Of a stretch of 64,000 bases of DNA, positions 8,772 to 20,000 are shown one piece after another. The stretch is from Planctomycetota bacterium (GTDB lineage Bacteria > Planctomycetota > B15-G4). Position 1 is the first letter of the stretch; each line of letters opens with the position of its first letter. The position numbers and the translations under genes are program-made. The stretch is from positions 76,846 to 140,845 of the forward strand of contig JAQWOM010000043.1 in the NCBI GenBank assembly GCA_029245865.1, written 5' to 3'. The notes under the pieces were generated by a model, which did not search any database, was not told the origin of the DNA, and worked only from the letters and a program-made list of their open reading frames with translations.

Positions 8772-10685
8772 ATGCCTTCAACCACGGTGGATTCACACAC
8801 CCCCATGCCAGCGCACCAAGCACCGCGCGGCCTCTGGGCATGCGTGCGTGACGGGGGCCGACCGCTCGGGGCTTTTCTGATCCTCGCGCTGGGCATCAAG
8901 CTGCTGATCATCATGGCAGCGCTGGGCGACGACCCCCTCGCTCGCCACCCCACCAGCGACGCGCTCTACTACCTGGAACGCGCTGCCGGCATTGCAGGAC
9001 TGATCGACGACCCACTGGTCCATGAGCCCTTTCACCTTCCCCCGCTATACCCACAGATCCTGGCTCGGGTTCCCGGCGCCCTGCAGGGAAACTTTGCCGG
9101 CGTCTACGTCATCCAGGCCCTCTTCGGCACAGCAGCACTGCTAGGCGTCTTCTTGCTCGCCCGTCGAAGGGCCAGTCGAAAACTGGCTCTCGGTGCAACC
9201 GGGCTCACCTTGCTCTATGGACCACTGACCTTTTTTGAGTTGAAGCTTCTCGGAGACTCACTGGCTTGCTCGCTGCTGGTGTTCGCACTCGTCGTCACCG
9301 ACCAACTCGCCGATCACTTCAACCCGCAACGCGCAAGCAGCCGTTCCCCACGCCCGAACGGAAGCAGCTCCAGCACCGCAGAGGTTCTCTGGGGATTTCT
9401 CCTGGGGCTACTGCTCGGTCTGACCTCGTTACTGCGTCCACAGATCCTCTTATTTTCTGCTGCGCTCGTCCTGTGGCTGCTGATCCGGCGAGCCCGCACT
9501 GCAGCACTGTGCAGCGCCCTCGCTCTCTCACTCACCCTCTTGCCTTCCTTGCTCCACAACGCCTCGACGGGCGCCCAGTTCACTCCCGTGTCGGACAACG
9601 GTGGCGTCAACCTCTGGCTGGCAAATACAGGACCGCCCTCCGGCACCTTCCTCACCTACGAGGAGTCCTTCGGCGACATTGCGCAACAGGCCCGGTCAGC
9701 ACGAAGCGTCGCAGAGGGCATGGCAGGTCGAGAACTCTCCCCTGGTGACGTCTCAACCACCCTCAGTCGCGCTGCCTGGGATGCCATGATCGCCGACCCC
9801 GTCCAGTTCTTGGCGCGGCTACGCCTGCGAGCGCAGGCTTCCCTCGAATCCTTTGAAACGGGCATCGTCGCCGTCCCCGAGGTGGAAGCCCAACTCATTG
9901 GACCTCTGCGAATTCTTGCGGTTCCTTTCGGAATCTTAATCGCATTCGGTGGCGCAGCGCTCGTGATCCTCTCAAGGCGAAGCGGCGCTCGCTCGCGCTC
10001 TCCGGAAGAAAACGCTGCGGCGACACCCGTCTTTCCCATGCTTGCGCTGGCCGGGCTCGTCATACTGACAGCGCTGATCTTCTTTCACTACAGCCGCTTT
10101 CGACTTCCACTCATCCCTCTCCTGGCCATCAGCATCGCCTGGGCGTTTTCCTCCATCCAGGCACACAGACCGACTGCTCTTCGTGCAGGACTTGCACTGC
10201 TGACAGCAGCCTGCCTCGCCTGGATCGCCTGGCTACCGGGAGAGCATCATGCCCGCACCCGCACCATCGGCTGGACGAGCTTGGCAGAAGCTCGCCTCGC
10301 TCTGGCCCCACCCGCTCGGCGCCAATCAGCACTCAAGGCGGCTGACGAAGACATGACCCGAGCACTGGAACATGAACCCACTCTGATCCGAGCGCGGCTA
10401 CAAGCGCATCACATTGCGTTGGGCCTCGGTCGCTTCGATGACGCCCTGAACCATCTGGATGTGGTCTCTGAAGTCCTTCCCGACCACCCCAAGGTCCTCA
10501 TGAACCGCGCCTGGCTCCATGCCTGGCAATCACCGAACAACCGGCACTACGATCTAGAAGCTGCGCGCACCCTGGTCGAAAGATTGCGCATGGAATCGAT
10601 TCTTGATTCCGATCTCGCGCCGCATGTTTACCGCCTGGATGCAACCGTCACGGCACTGGAACAACAAGAGTCTTCTGGTCGCTGA
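8772..10685 (+). CDS. GT-C fold membrane glycosyltransferase-like protein (GT39/GT83-like) with C-terminal TPR-like repeats
   Basis: More than 10 predicted TM helices in the N-terminal ~470 aa with a conserved acidic first loop. C-terminal ~150 aa are soluble and helical-repeat-like. Family assignment by architecture only. Confidence 0.4.
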   Translation: MPSTTVDSHTPMPAHQAPRGLWACVRDGGRPLGAFLILALGIKLLIIMAALGDDPLARHPTSDALYYLERAAGIAGLIDDPLVHEPFHLPPLYPQILARVPGALQGNFAGVYVIQALFGTAALLGVFLLARRRASRKLALGATGLTLLYGPLTFFELKLLGDSLACSLLVFALVVTDQLADHFNPQRASSRSPRPNGSSSSTAEVLWGFLLGLLLGLTSLLRPQILLFSAALVLWLLIRRARTAALCSALALSLTLLPSLLHNASTGAQFTPVSDNGGVNLWLANTGPPSGTFLTYEESFGDIAQQARSARSVAEGMAGRELSPGDVSTTLSRAAWDAMIADPVQFLARLRLRAQASLESFETGIVAVPEVEAQLIGPLRILAVPFGILIAFGGAALVILSRRSGARSRSPEENAAATPVFPMLALAGLVILTALIFFHYSRFRLPLIPLLAISIAWAFSSIQAHRPTALRAGLALLTAACLAWIAWLPGEHHARTRTIGWTSLAEARLALAPPARRQSALKAADEDMTRALEHEPTLIRARLQAHHIALGLGRFDDALNHLDVVSEVLPDHPKVLMNRAWLHAWQSPNNRHYDLEAARTLVERLRMESILDSDLAPHVYRLDATVTALEQQESSGR

Positions 10686-10747
10686 AGCGCCGGCAGGCCG
10701 CGGGCCACCCCAGAGAAGCGGAGCAAGTCATTACTGCTTCGAAGGCT

Positions 10748-12982
10748 CTACACAGACTGCGCAGCCTCGAGCCCGAAGAGGGCGCGCACTCGAGCAGCAT
10801 CATCCGCCGTCACAGCCGCACAGCTCAGCCAATGTGCGACACCTCCGGCCACAAGATCTCGCGGATCAGTTCCGTAAGTCGCGAGTGATTCATCAACGAA
10901 ACTTTCGAGATCAACAGCATCCGCTTTCAGCGCAGCCTCCAGGCCGGGAAGAAAGGCCGTCCCGAAGTGCACCTTCAGGTCCAATCCCAGCAAGTTGCTC
11001 ACGCGAGAAGCGCTCTCTGTGAGTTCTATGCCCACACGCGCGAGCATGAGGCGCTCAAAGGCACGCCCCAGTTCACCAGCTTCGGCATCACAGCGCTTCC
11101 GCTCAGCATCGAGCTCATCCGCAGAGAGATCCCCCTTGGGGGTGACCCCCGGCACCTCGACATAGATCTTATTTTTCGGCTCTGTCCCACTCGGACGGAT
11201 GATCAGGCGAACATCATTCTCAAGAGTAAGGACCAGCACGTTACGCGAAGACGCATCTGTTCCAGATTTGATGGGCCCAAGCCAGCCTGACTCGTCCGCC
11301 AGATCTTCGAAAGACAACACCTTACGGCCGAGGATCTCTTGCGGCGGATCCGCACGCAAACTGCCCTGGATCGCACGAATGCGGTCGAGTCCGCTCGCGC
11401 CTGTCATCACAGTCGTCAGCAACTTGTTCGCCATGTACCCGAAACGTGCGTACAGGGCATCTAACTCGTCGAGCAGAGTTCGACCTTCGGCAACAAGAGT
11501 CGCGTTCAGCTCGGCGAGCATCAGTGCCGCACCCGCTGCATCTTTGTCTCGCACGACAGAGCTCAAAAGAAGGCCGTGACTTTCCTCGACACCGAGAACG
11601 AAACTCTCCGGCTTAGCGTGAATCTCTCTCCAAGATCCCGTCTCTTCGAGATTTGCCAGAACTTTGGCCATGTACTTGAAGCCGACCAACAGATCAGACA
11701 CGACCTTGCATCCATAAGAACGCGCAATCGTTGTCGCGAGACTGGATGTCACGAGCGTCTTGAGCATGAACGCATTTTCGGGCAGCAAGCCAAGCTCCCG
11801 TCTTCGCCCCAGGACAAAGCGAGTCACCAAAAAGACGATCTCGTCACCGGAGACAAACTGCCAGCTGCCATCTTTGCGACGAGCTTCCAGCCCAATGCGA
11901 TCTGCGTCCGGATCCGTGGCAAGAATGATGTCGGCATGACACTCATCACCAATCTTCTCCGCCTGCTCATAGCAAGCGGGCACCTCTGGATTGGGCGCAA
12001 GGAACTTCACCGCAGGGAACTTGCCGTCGAAAGCCTCTTGTGACGGAACCGCACGGACGTCAAAGCCCTCTGCCCGAAGAAGCCTTCCCACGGTTGAAGC
12101 GCCTGTGCCGTGCAACGGGGTGAAGACGATGCGCCCCCCTCGCTGGTCGGGAGCCAGGGAAAGCTCGGCATTCACCCGAAGATAGTGCTCATTCTCGGTG
12201 GGCCCGATCAACTCGATCATGCCTGTCCGAAGGCCGTCCTCGAATGGAAGCCCGTGCACATCCAGGATGCCTTCCACTCGCCGAGCGAGCATCTCGTCGT
12301 CAGGTGGGACATCCTGACCACCGTGACGATTGTAGAACTTGCCTCCGTTGTCATCCGGATGGTTGTGGGAAGCCGAGACGTTGAGCCCGCCGTGGGCCTT
12401 GTTGTGCCGAATAGCCAGGCTCAATTCGGGCGTCGACATGTATTCGCCGCCTCTCGGGTCGAGCATGAGAACCCGGATTCCGTTTGCTGCGTAGACACCT
12501 GCAGCTTCTGCTGCAAAATCTGCGGAGCTCATATCCATCAAAGGGTTGGGCAAGTTCGTGTCGTACACACCGCGCAGATCGGAATAAACCCGAACATCAA
12601 AAGCGACAACCACGACAACATCTGCATCCGGGTAGGCTTCCTTCAAGGTGTCAGCATGCCCTTGCACTGACGTCAGAAGTGTCCAGGAGTTGAATCGATT
12701 GGTCCCGATGCCAACCGCTCCACGCCGGCCCCCTGTGCCAAATGGAATCACTTGCCAGAAGGCATCGAACAACAACTCGAACTCACCCTGGTCAATAAGA
12801 CTTTCGAGTTGAGGGCGGTATGTGGCAAACCGTTCTTCGAGCAGCCATGGCTCCAGCGCCTCGAACGCCAAAGATTTGGTCGACGAATCGAAATCTAGTA
12901 GCTCAAAGCCCTTGTGGGCCGCTTCCAGAAGAGAACTCAACGCGACGGGCTCCGAGCGGTGACGACTTCGGCCATGCACCAA
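10748..12982 (-). CDS. alpha-D-phosphohexomutase family protein (phosphoglucomutase/phosphomannomutase-like)
   Basis: Active-site phosphoserine loop VSASHNHPDDNGGKFY (TASHNP motif), metal-binding loop ...ATDPDADRIG..., and sugar-binding ...GVEESHG.... The long N-terminal extension is unusual. Confidence 0.75.
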   Translation of the reverse strand: MVHGRSRHRSEPVALSSLLEAAHKGFELLDFDSSTKSLAFEALEPWLLEERFATYRPQLESLIDQGEFELLFDAFWQVIPFGTGGRRGAVGIGTNRFNSWTLLTSVQGHADTLKEAYPDADVVVVVAFDVRVYSDLRGVYDTNLPNPLMDMSSADFAAEAAGVYAANGIRVLMLDPRGGEYMSTPELSLAIRHNKAHGGLNVSASHNHPDDNGGKFYNRHGGQDVPPDDEMLARRVEGILDVHGLPFEDGLRTGMIELIGPTENEHYLRVNAELSLAPDQRGGRIVFTPLHGTGASTVGRLLRAEGFDVRAVPSQEAFDGKFPAVKFLAPNPEVPACYEQAEKIGDECHADIILATDPDADRIGLEARRKDGSWQFVSGDEIVFLVTRFVLGRRRELGLLPENAFMLKTLVTSSLATTIARSYGCKVVSDLLVGFKYMAKVLANLEETGSWREIHAKPESFVLGVEESHGLLLSSVVRDKDAAGAALMLAELNATLVAEGRTLLDELDALYARFGYMANKLLTTVMTGASGLDRIRAIQGSLRADPPQEILGRKVLSFEDLADESGWLGPIKSGTDASSRNVLVLTLENDVRLIIRPSGTEPKNKIYVEVPGVTPKGDLSADELDAERKRCDAEAGELGRAFERLMLARVGIELTESASRVSNLLGLDLKVHFGTAFLPGLEAALKADAVDLESFVDESLATYGTDPRDLVAGGVAHWLSCAAVTADDAARVRALFGLEAAQSV

Positions 12983-13093
12983 GGATCACCGTGATCATCA
13001 AGTGCAGACTGTCGCAGTGTGGCGCACTTCTGCGGGGATTCAAGGGATGGGAGTGCGAAAAGGCCACTGAACCCGAGAAGGCCCTGCAGAGCC

Positions 13094-14015
13094 TCACTTC
13101 CTCAGGAACAGCGCACGCAGGACGTGCCTCGCGATCTCGGGATTCCTGGCCAAGCGTCGCTGCGTGTAGGCATGCCAATCTCGACCGTAGGGAACATAGA
13201 TGCGAACGGCGTGGCCGGCATTTCGAAGGCGCTCCGCCTCACCCTGACGAACCCCCATGAGCAACTGAAACTCGTATTTCCTGCCCCAGGGATCACCAAC
13301 CACCAAGTCAGATTTTCGGGCAACTTCGATGCAAGCGTCGGCCACGTCGCTGTCATGTGTGGCAAAACCGACCCGAGCCCCGCCTTCAAGAAGCTGAGCG
13401 GCCAACTCAACATAGCTGCGAGAAATCGCGGCTGGTTCGGTCCAAGCGATCTCTTTCGGCTCGAGATAGATTCCCTTTACCAATCGCACGTCGAGTGAGT
13501 CGAATTCAGACAACAGGGCTGCTGCATCGCCAGCCGTGCGAAACAAACGCGACTGCAAAACGCAACCCAGGTTGGCGTGACTCGCGCGCACTTCACGAAA
13601 GACGCCAAGAGTCACATCAATCGTCTCTGAGCCTTCCATTTCAAGACGAACGCGACGCCCTTGGTCGGCTGCACGACTGCACAGTTGCGACAGCATACGC
13701 ACACAAGCAGCCTGGTCGTTCGTGGCGCCGAGGTGAGTGGGCTTCACGGAAACAGTGGTCGTCGGGTCTACCTCCGGCAACTCGGACAAGGCCAGCTCGT
13801 ACTCCGCCAGCGCCGCAGCTGCCTCCCCAGCATCTACAACACCCTCGCCAAGCACATCCAGGATCGTGCCGAAGCCCTCTTTTCGAATCGCGCGAATCCG
13901 CTCGAGCGCCGCAGGCAATTCAGAACCTGCGACATAACGCTTCGCAATCGCCCAGATAATGGGCTTGGGGATGACCGGGAGCGACAAGCGCACAACCTGG
14001 TCTAGAAGACTCACC
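13094..14015 (-). CDS. proline dehydrogenase (monofunctional PutA PRODH domain)
   Basis: GTG start at 14015 (VSLLDQVV...), chosen to avoid overlap with the upstream gene. Conserved PRODH blocks ...LVKGIYLEP..., ...FATHD..., ...FQLLMGVR..., ...IYVPYG...AY..RR..ENP. About 307 aa. Confidence 0.7.
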
Positions 14016-14030
14016 CCGCCCCCCTTCTTT

Positions 14031-14792
14031 TCACTTTCCGATCTCGAGTCGAGCCGCACAGAGATCAGGAATATTAGGGTTGTCGTAGATCTTCCTCTGA
14101 ACCGTTGCGATGTCGTAGTCGGTACGCAAGAAGCGAACTTCATGACCATCAACGATGACGCAGGAAGCGCGCGGATCCCCGTCTCGCGGCTGACCGACTG
14201 AGCCAACATTAACGATAGCCTTACTGCTGCCATCCCACTCGAAACGATAGTCCAGTTGGCCGGGGTCGAGAAACTGAAGATCTTCGGTGAAGACGCCGGG
14301 GAAATGCGTGTGGCCAACAAAGCAGACGCCATCAAGATGGTCGAAGATGTCGTGGATCTTGTCCGGAATGAAGATCACATCTGTCTTCATGATGTATTCG
14401 TGAATAGGGTCACGAGGCGATCCATGAACCAACAGATACTCACCCATCTGAGCGCGGTCCGGCAAGCTTTCGATGAACCGCCAGCGAGAACGTTTGAGCG
14501 AACTCGAGAGCAGAGAAGGCTTCAGGGTACGTCGGTTGTATTCGATCACTTGGCGCGCAACAGGATTGAAGTCTTGCGCCCCACGCAACAGCGCTTCATC
14601 GTGATTTCCGCAGATCGTCGTCTCGCAATGACGCATGACCAGGTCGATGCAGTGTTCGGGGTCTGGTCCGTAACCCACAACGTCACCGAGGCACACGATG
14701 GCCTCAACGCCTTCCTTTTCGAGACGCGAAAGAACCGCGCCCAGCGCCTCGGTGTTGGAATGCAGGTCGGAGATGATCGCAAAGCGCGTCAC
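14031..14792 (-). CDS. metallophosphoesterase (calcineurin-like phosphoesterase, YfcE/MJ0936-like)
   Basis: Starts MTRFAIISDLHSN...; motifs DxH...GD...GNHD...GH of the calcineurin-like superfamily. Confidence 0.7.
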   Translation of the reverse strand: MTRFAIISDLHSNTEALGAVLSRLEKEGVEAIVCLGDVVGYGPDPEHCIDLVMRHCETTICGNHDEALLRGAQDFNPVARQVIEYNRRTLKPSLLSSSLKRSRWRFIESLPDRAQMGEYLLVHGSPRDPIHEYIMKTDVIFIPDKIHDIFDHLDGVCFVGHTHFPGVFTEDLQFLDPGQLDYRFEWDGSSKAIVNVGSVGQPRDGDPRASCVIVDGHEVRFLRTDYDIATVQRKIYDNPNIPDLCAARLEIGK

Positions 14793-14793
14793 G

Positions 14794-15798
14794 TCAGGAC
14801 TTCTCCACCATACGACGAAGGGTAGAAATCAAAGAGCGCCGCGATTCTTCGGCGTCATCCTTTGAAAGCGTTGTTCCGGCGGCGTAAACGTGCCCTCCTC
14901 CACCAAACTGCCGCGCGACACCATTCATATCCAGATCGCCGCGTGAGCGAAGACTGACCGAGATTCGACCATCTTCCAATTCGGTGAAGAGCGCGACGAC
15001 CGAGACGTTTTCGCCGGAGCGAAGGAGATCAAGGATCGGGTCAGCCTCATAACGCGTCACGCCAAGGTCATCAAGGAATTGACGCCTTACAAATGACCAC
15101 ACGAGCTTTCCACCGCACTCTTCATTCATGGAGCGCGCAACATGACCGATAAGCCGCAACATCGGACCGCTGTTGGATTGGTAAATCGAGCGATACATCG
15201 CGGGAAGATCGAGTCGATGTGCAGATAGATCTGCGACCAGATCCATGACTTCGCCATTTGTATTGGGATACCGAAACCACCCGGTGTCCGTGGATAGCGA
15301 GACAAAAACACTCTCGGCGATCTCCCGGTCAATCTTCCCACCCACATGCTTGATGAAGTCGTAGACAAGCCGGCCCGTTGCTGTGGCGGACGCGTCCAGA
15401 AGATTGAGGTCAGCCGGCCCCTCTCCCTCGCAGGGATGGTGGTCGATACAAACCGTTTTCGCGCGACTGGCTTGAGCCGGCTTTTCCAACGCACCCAGGC
15501 GTCCCATGGATGAGAGGTCACACATCACAAAGAGGTCAGCCGACTGCACCAGTTCTGCATGCTGATCGGGATCATAAACCTCATAATTACGGCCAAATTC
15601 CATGAACCCGTAACGAGGGCTCAGAGGAGCGGTCAGCATCGCCGTGACATGACGCCCGGTGAGCTCGAGATGCCGCCGAAGAGCGGCAACGGCGCCTACG
15701 GCGTCTCCATCTGCATTTTCATGCCCCGTCACGACAATCGAGTCGGCACTCAGGAGAAGTTCCTGAAACTGATCAAATCGCTCGGACAGGGCTTCCAT
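14794..15798 (-). CDS. DHH family phosphoesterase (NrnA-like bifunctional oligoribonuclease/pAp phosphatase)
   Basis: Motifs HENADGDAVGA, DHH, and GGGH (DHHA1) near the C-terminus. Confidence 0.7.
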   Translation of the reverse strand: MEALSERFDQFQELLLSADSIVVTGHENADGDAVGAVAALRRHLELTGRHVTAMLTAPLSPRYGFMEFGRNYEVYDPDQHAELVQSADLFVMCDLSSMGRLGALEKPAQASRAKTVCIDHHPCEGEGPADLNLLDASATATGRLVYDFIKHVGGKIDREIAESVFVSLSTDTGWFRYPNTNGEVMDLVADLSAHRLDLPAMYRSIYQSNSGPMLRLIGHVARSMNEECGGKLVWSFVRRQFLDDLGVTRYEADPILDLLRSGENVSVVALFTELEDGRISVSLRSRGDLDMNGVARQFGGGGHVYAAGTTLSKDDAEESRRSLISTLRRMVEKS

Positions 15799-15846
15799 CT
15801 ATCGAAAGCTAGCCGTGCCCAGACAGTGAGTCAAGATCCGATGCAG

Positions 15847-17028
15847 TCACTCCGAAGACGCCCCCCCAGGCTCCAGCACAACTCCTGCGTGAACCGTGAA
15901 GAGAACCGAAGCCTCTCCAGACCAGGCCCAGGACGCCAGAGCGTCGCTCCCCATGGATTCTAGGTCTTCAGGGCATGGTCCCAGAACGCAACCGTCGGCC
16001 ACCGAGCCAACCGCCCAGGTCGCTGGCCCTTCTGGCAGCTTCAGCGCACGGCGGCCGCCGTGCGTCGCGCCCTTGAGAATCAAGAGAGGCGGAACATCAG
16101 GGCGGTCAGCTGCAAGGCGGACCAGTTCTGAGAACAGATCAACCTCTTGGTTGCTCGCCGCCGAGTCAGTCCCAAATGCGACATCGACTCCCACCCCATC
16201 AAGCTCCAGCAGCCGGTGTGGCGGCCGGTCAAAATGCCGATGGGTTCCATGACAATAGACCACCGAAGACTGGTGGCGCGCCAACCGGTCGATGTCATCG
16301 TCATCGAGGTCATTGCCGTGAATCACGGCACCGCCCGACGCAAGCAATCCAGCTCGCTCGACATATTCGATCGGACGAATTCCCGGAGGGCGGGCAAAGG
16401 GCTTCCCCTGTCCGATCGACTCCAAGAAACCTGCAAAGGGTCCATCACCATGCATCAGATAGCGCGTCTCGTCCGCTGACTCTGCGATGTGCATCGCAAG
16501 AGGCAACCCACGCACCTCACCAGCACGCACAATCTCTGGCAAGACATCCTCGTGCACCGAGTAAGGCGCATGAGGAGAAAGGCCCAACTCATGCCCAGCA
16601 CAACCCAACGTGTCTACTGTTCTCATCACACTCGCCAATCGTTGGCGCGCAGCTTCTCTCTCGACACCAATGATTTCCAAATACGAGCGGCCACCTAGTT
16701 TCGCGAGGCGACGCCCCCGAGTCCCCTCCCCTTGAGAGCCATCGATATCTCCGACGGCCACCACGCCGCACTGAGCAAGCGATTGAGCCTCTTGTGAAGC
16801 AGCGTCTACGATATTGCGACCGGAAGCACGCAAGGCCCCAACAGACCGAAGCCATTCAGGAAAAGATCCCCGAGAAGGAACGGCGGGCGAGCCCGCCAGA
16901 TCTAGATGCGAGTGCGCATTCACCAATCCTGGAATGAGCACACCATCCACAGGCCGAGCCCGAGAGCCGGCAGCGACAAATCGAGTCGTACACCCTCCGG
17001 CAATCTCCCAGGAGATGTGCCGTCGCAA
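15847..17028 (-). CDS. amidohydrolase family protein (chlorohydrolase/deaminase-like)
   Basis: Metal-binding HxH motif GLVNAHSHLDL near the N-terminus, later HIAE and HG..L.D blocks of metal-dependent amidohydrolases. Confidence 0.6.
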   Translation of the reverse strand: MRRHISWEIAGGCTTRFVAAGSRARPVDGVLIPGLVNAHSHLDLAGSPAVPSRGSFPEWLRSVGALRASGRNIVDAASQEAQSLAQCGVVAVGDIDGSQGEGTRGRRLAKLGGRSYLEIIGVEREAARQRLASVMRTVDTLGCAGHELGLSPHAPYSVHEDVLPEIVRAGEVRGLPLAMHIAESADETRYLMHGDGPFAGFLESIGQGKPFARPPGIRPIEYVERAGLLASGGAVIHGNDLDDDDIDRLARHQSSVVYCHGTHRHFDRPPHRLLELDGVGVDVAFGTDSAASNQEVDLFSELVRLAADRPDVPPLLILKGATHGGRRALKLPEGPATWAVGSVADGCVLGPCPEDLESMGSDALASWAWSGEASVLFTVHAGVVLEPGGASSE

Positions 17029-17084
17029 ATCACCCTGCGCATCGAGAGCTGCGCGAAATTGAAGCGAGCGCCGAGTGACGTGTC

Positions 17085-20000
17085 TCAGAACGAAACGTTC
17101 CTTGTGACCAGTTCGACCTCATCGATCACAACGTCACCAAAGGTCACGGCCCCCGCCCCATGATCCGGGTCCACGAAATCGCCGTCTACGAGCAGTTGAA
17201 AGCGAAGGTATGTCTTTCCATCTGCAATAGATCGAGCAACCTCGGGCAAGCCCACGATGCTGTTAGGCAACTCGAGATCCGCCCCCACAAGGCTCACTGT
17301 CCCAGGGTCGACGGCCACTCGGATAGTCACATCGGGATCTGTCGCACGCAGGACATGGAGAGTCGTCCCATCAAACGCAACCGCTGAGGCGACAGAAGGG
17401 ACACCTCCGTCCACGATCCGCGCATAGCCGTGCACACCATCCAGCGAGATCCCCTTCGATCCGTCAGCGACACTGAACTGAATCAACATCGAAGAACCCG
17501 CTCCATAACGAGCCATCGGATCAACAGCCCAGGCTGTCTGAGTGGCTGCGTCATACGCCAGTCCCGTGAATTCAAAGTCGAGCGCTTCGGCGTCGCGTTG
17601 AACCCGGAACATGTCATCTACATGGAGCACCGTGAAGTCGGCGGTGAACGGGTCACCCGCCAGTGGATCAATCGTTGGGATCGAGACAACAAGGTCAGAC
17701 CGATTCGCTGCGATCAAGAGTCGATCGTCTTCTGTCATCGCGCCAGGCACAAAAGCCATGCCACCTTCCAACACGGACGGCAAGCGAATCGTGCGCTGGA
17801 ACAGCCCGGTCCCACGGTTAAACACGTGGACGAGGCCTGCGCCACGCTCAAGCAAATAGAGTTCGCTGGTGGCACCGCCCACGGCCATGGAAACAATGTC
17901 CAGTTGACTCCCTCCCACAGAGGGGATGTCTGGCAACGCGAGATCGGTACTGCCGGCCAGGTCATGAATGACAGACGTGCTCTCGCCGATGCTGTAGAGC
18001 AGGGCATTCTCAGTCGCATCAAACACGAAACCTGCGCGGCCGGACACGAGATCAGACGCCTCGTAGAAAGTCGGAGAAGCACCCGCGACATCCAACACGC
18101 CGTTGATATCCACCTTCGTCGGGTTGAAAACAAAGCGGAATGGAGGACGAAGGAACTCACCGGAACCGCCGGACTGCCCACTCTCCAGATAAGACCAGCT
18201 CAACCCGGTTTCTGCGACACCATCCTCATCAGTGTCGGCAGAGTAGTTCACGACAAGAGACTCGAACTCGGGGTTTGAGAGACCTGAGTTGTAGAACCGG
18301 CTTTCCGCCACGGAACGAGGCAAGCCAACAAGCCGCCCCACGTTCTCCGCGCTCAGCACGGGATCCGTCAGTCCGAAGAAACTGGATGGCAGCAAGCTAT
18401 CCGAGAAATTCTCGAACCGGATCCAACCGTCTCCACCAGTTCCCCCCAGACCAAGACCTTCAACGCTACCGCCCTCTCCGCCCTGTGCCTCAAGGAGCGC
18501 GCCGCCAAAGAGCTTGAACCCGCTGCCGCCGCGCAGAATGAGGCTGCCACCGGAACCACCCCCGCCACCGGCATAGAGAGCCACCGGAGCATCGATTTCT
18601 CCCCCATCGCCACCTCGCACCGACAGGGTTGCTGAACCACGCACTGTGATGAACTTCGCGCATTCGAGTTCGATACTGCCGCCTCCAGAACCACCGCCAG
18701 CTCCAGGGGTGAGCAGTGGCAGTGTGGATGCGGACGTTGCAGCGTTCAGCGTCCCAGTCACGGAGACACCGCTGCCACCACCTCCCGACCCACCGAGCGC
18801 ACTCGGGGGAACAAGCAGGAAGCTCACTTCAGAGCCCAAGCTCAGCCCAGGTCCTCCGAAACCACCCGGGCCCGAGGTCAGTCCCACGTCGACTTCGAAT
18901 GATTCGATCCGTTCCACGGTAAAGGTGGGATCGGTGAAATCCGTGATCTCGAATAACCAGCCATCGTTGGGAGCGTTTGGTACCAGAGAGGATCCAATCA
19001 AGGCCGTGGGATCCAGACTCGAGAGAGAAGCGCCCGAGGTCTGGGTCAGCCAGTCAAATTCTGTATCGCTCACCGCAACACCCGTACCGCGCACGGCGCC
19101 GAGCCCACCACCGCCTCCGGGTGACGCATCGAGTGCAACACCACCTAGGCCCTTTCCGCGCTGATCTTCCAGTGGGTCTGACAGAGGCCCACTCGAGCCG
19201 CCTGTGGAGCCACCAGAAATGCCGCCGCCACCGCCACCGCCACCGCCCGTCGTCATGATGGCCGGCGAGTCGTTGACGACCACATACGGCAAGGCGCCTA
19301 CGCCGCCACGTTGAAATCCACCCAAGTCTCCGCCGGGCACTCCCTGCAATCGACCGATCAAGTAAGAGTCACCGGCCGCAGCAATGGGCGCGTAGTTGGT
19401 GCCAATGTTGTCCGACACCTCAAGCATCGACTCTCCTTGAGAATCATCCACTTCGATGGAAGAGACACTCCCGACCACCGTCACTTCCTCAACGACGAAC
19501 ACGGGATTGTTCTCGTCAATAAGCTGATTCTTCGTACCGGCGTTCAACTGATCGGATGTCCCGAGCCCCATGTTGGGCTGCAGCAGGATTTCTCCGGCCA
19601 GCACCTGGGCATACAGATCCGGATCGCCTCCCAGCCCCAGCCCCGGGTCAGTCAGAATCGAAAGGTCAGTGTTCTCATCGGTGAGCAAGCTCGAGGTCAA
19701 GGAAACGCTGCGCCCTGTCGCACCGCGCATGCGTGGGTCCGCGGTTTCGAAAGCAGTGCCTGACATCGGCACGCTCGGCGAGACCAGATCCAACAACACA
19801 GTGTCTACCGAGCCATCTGCCGAGGTGTCCACCGCAAGAAGGACATCACCGCCATCGCCTCCAGCCCCCGCAGAGACAAGGCTTTGCCCGCCAAGACCGC
19901 CCTGTCCGAGATAGTCTGCATAGAGCGGGTCTGACGCATTCACTGGAACCGGCAAGATTTCACCCGGAACCCCGCGGGACAGCACCGAGCCGGCAATGTC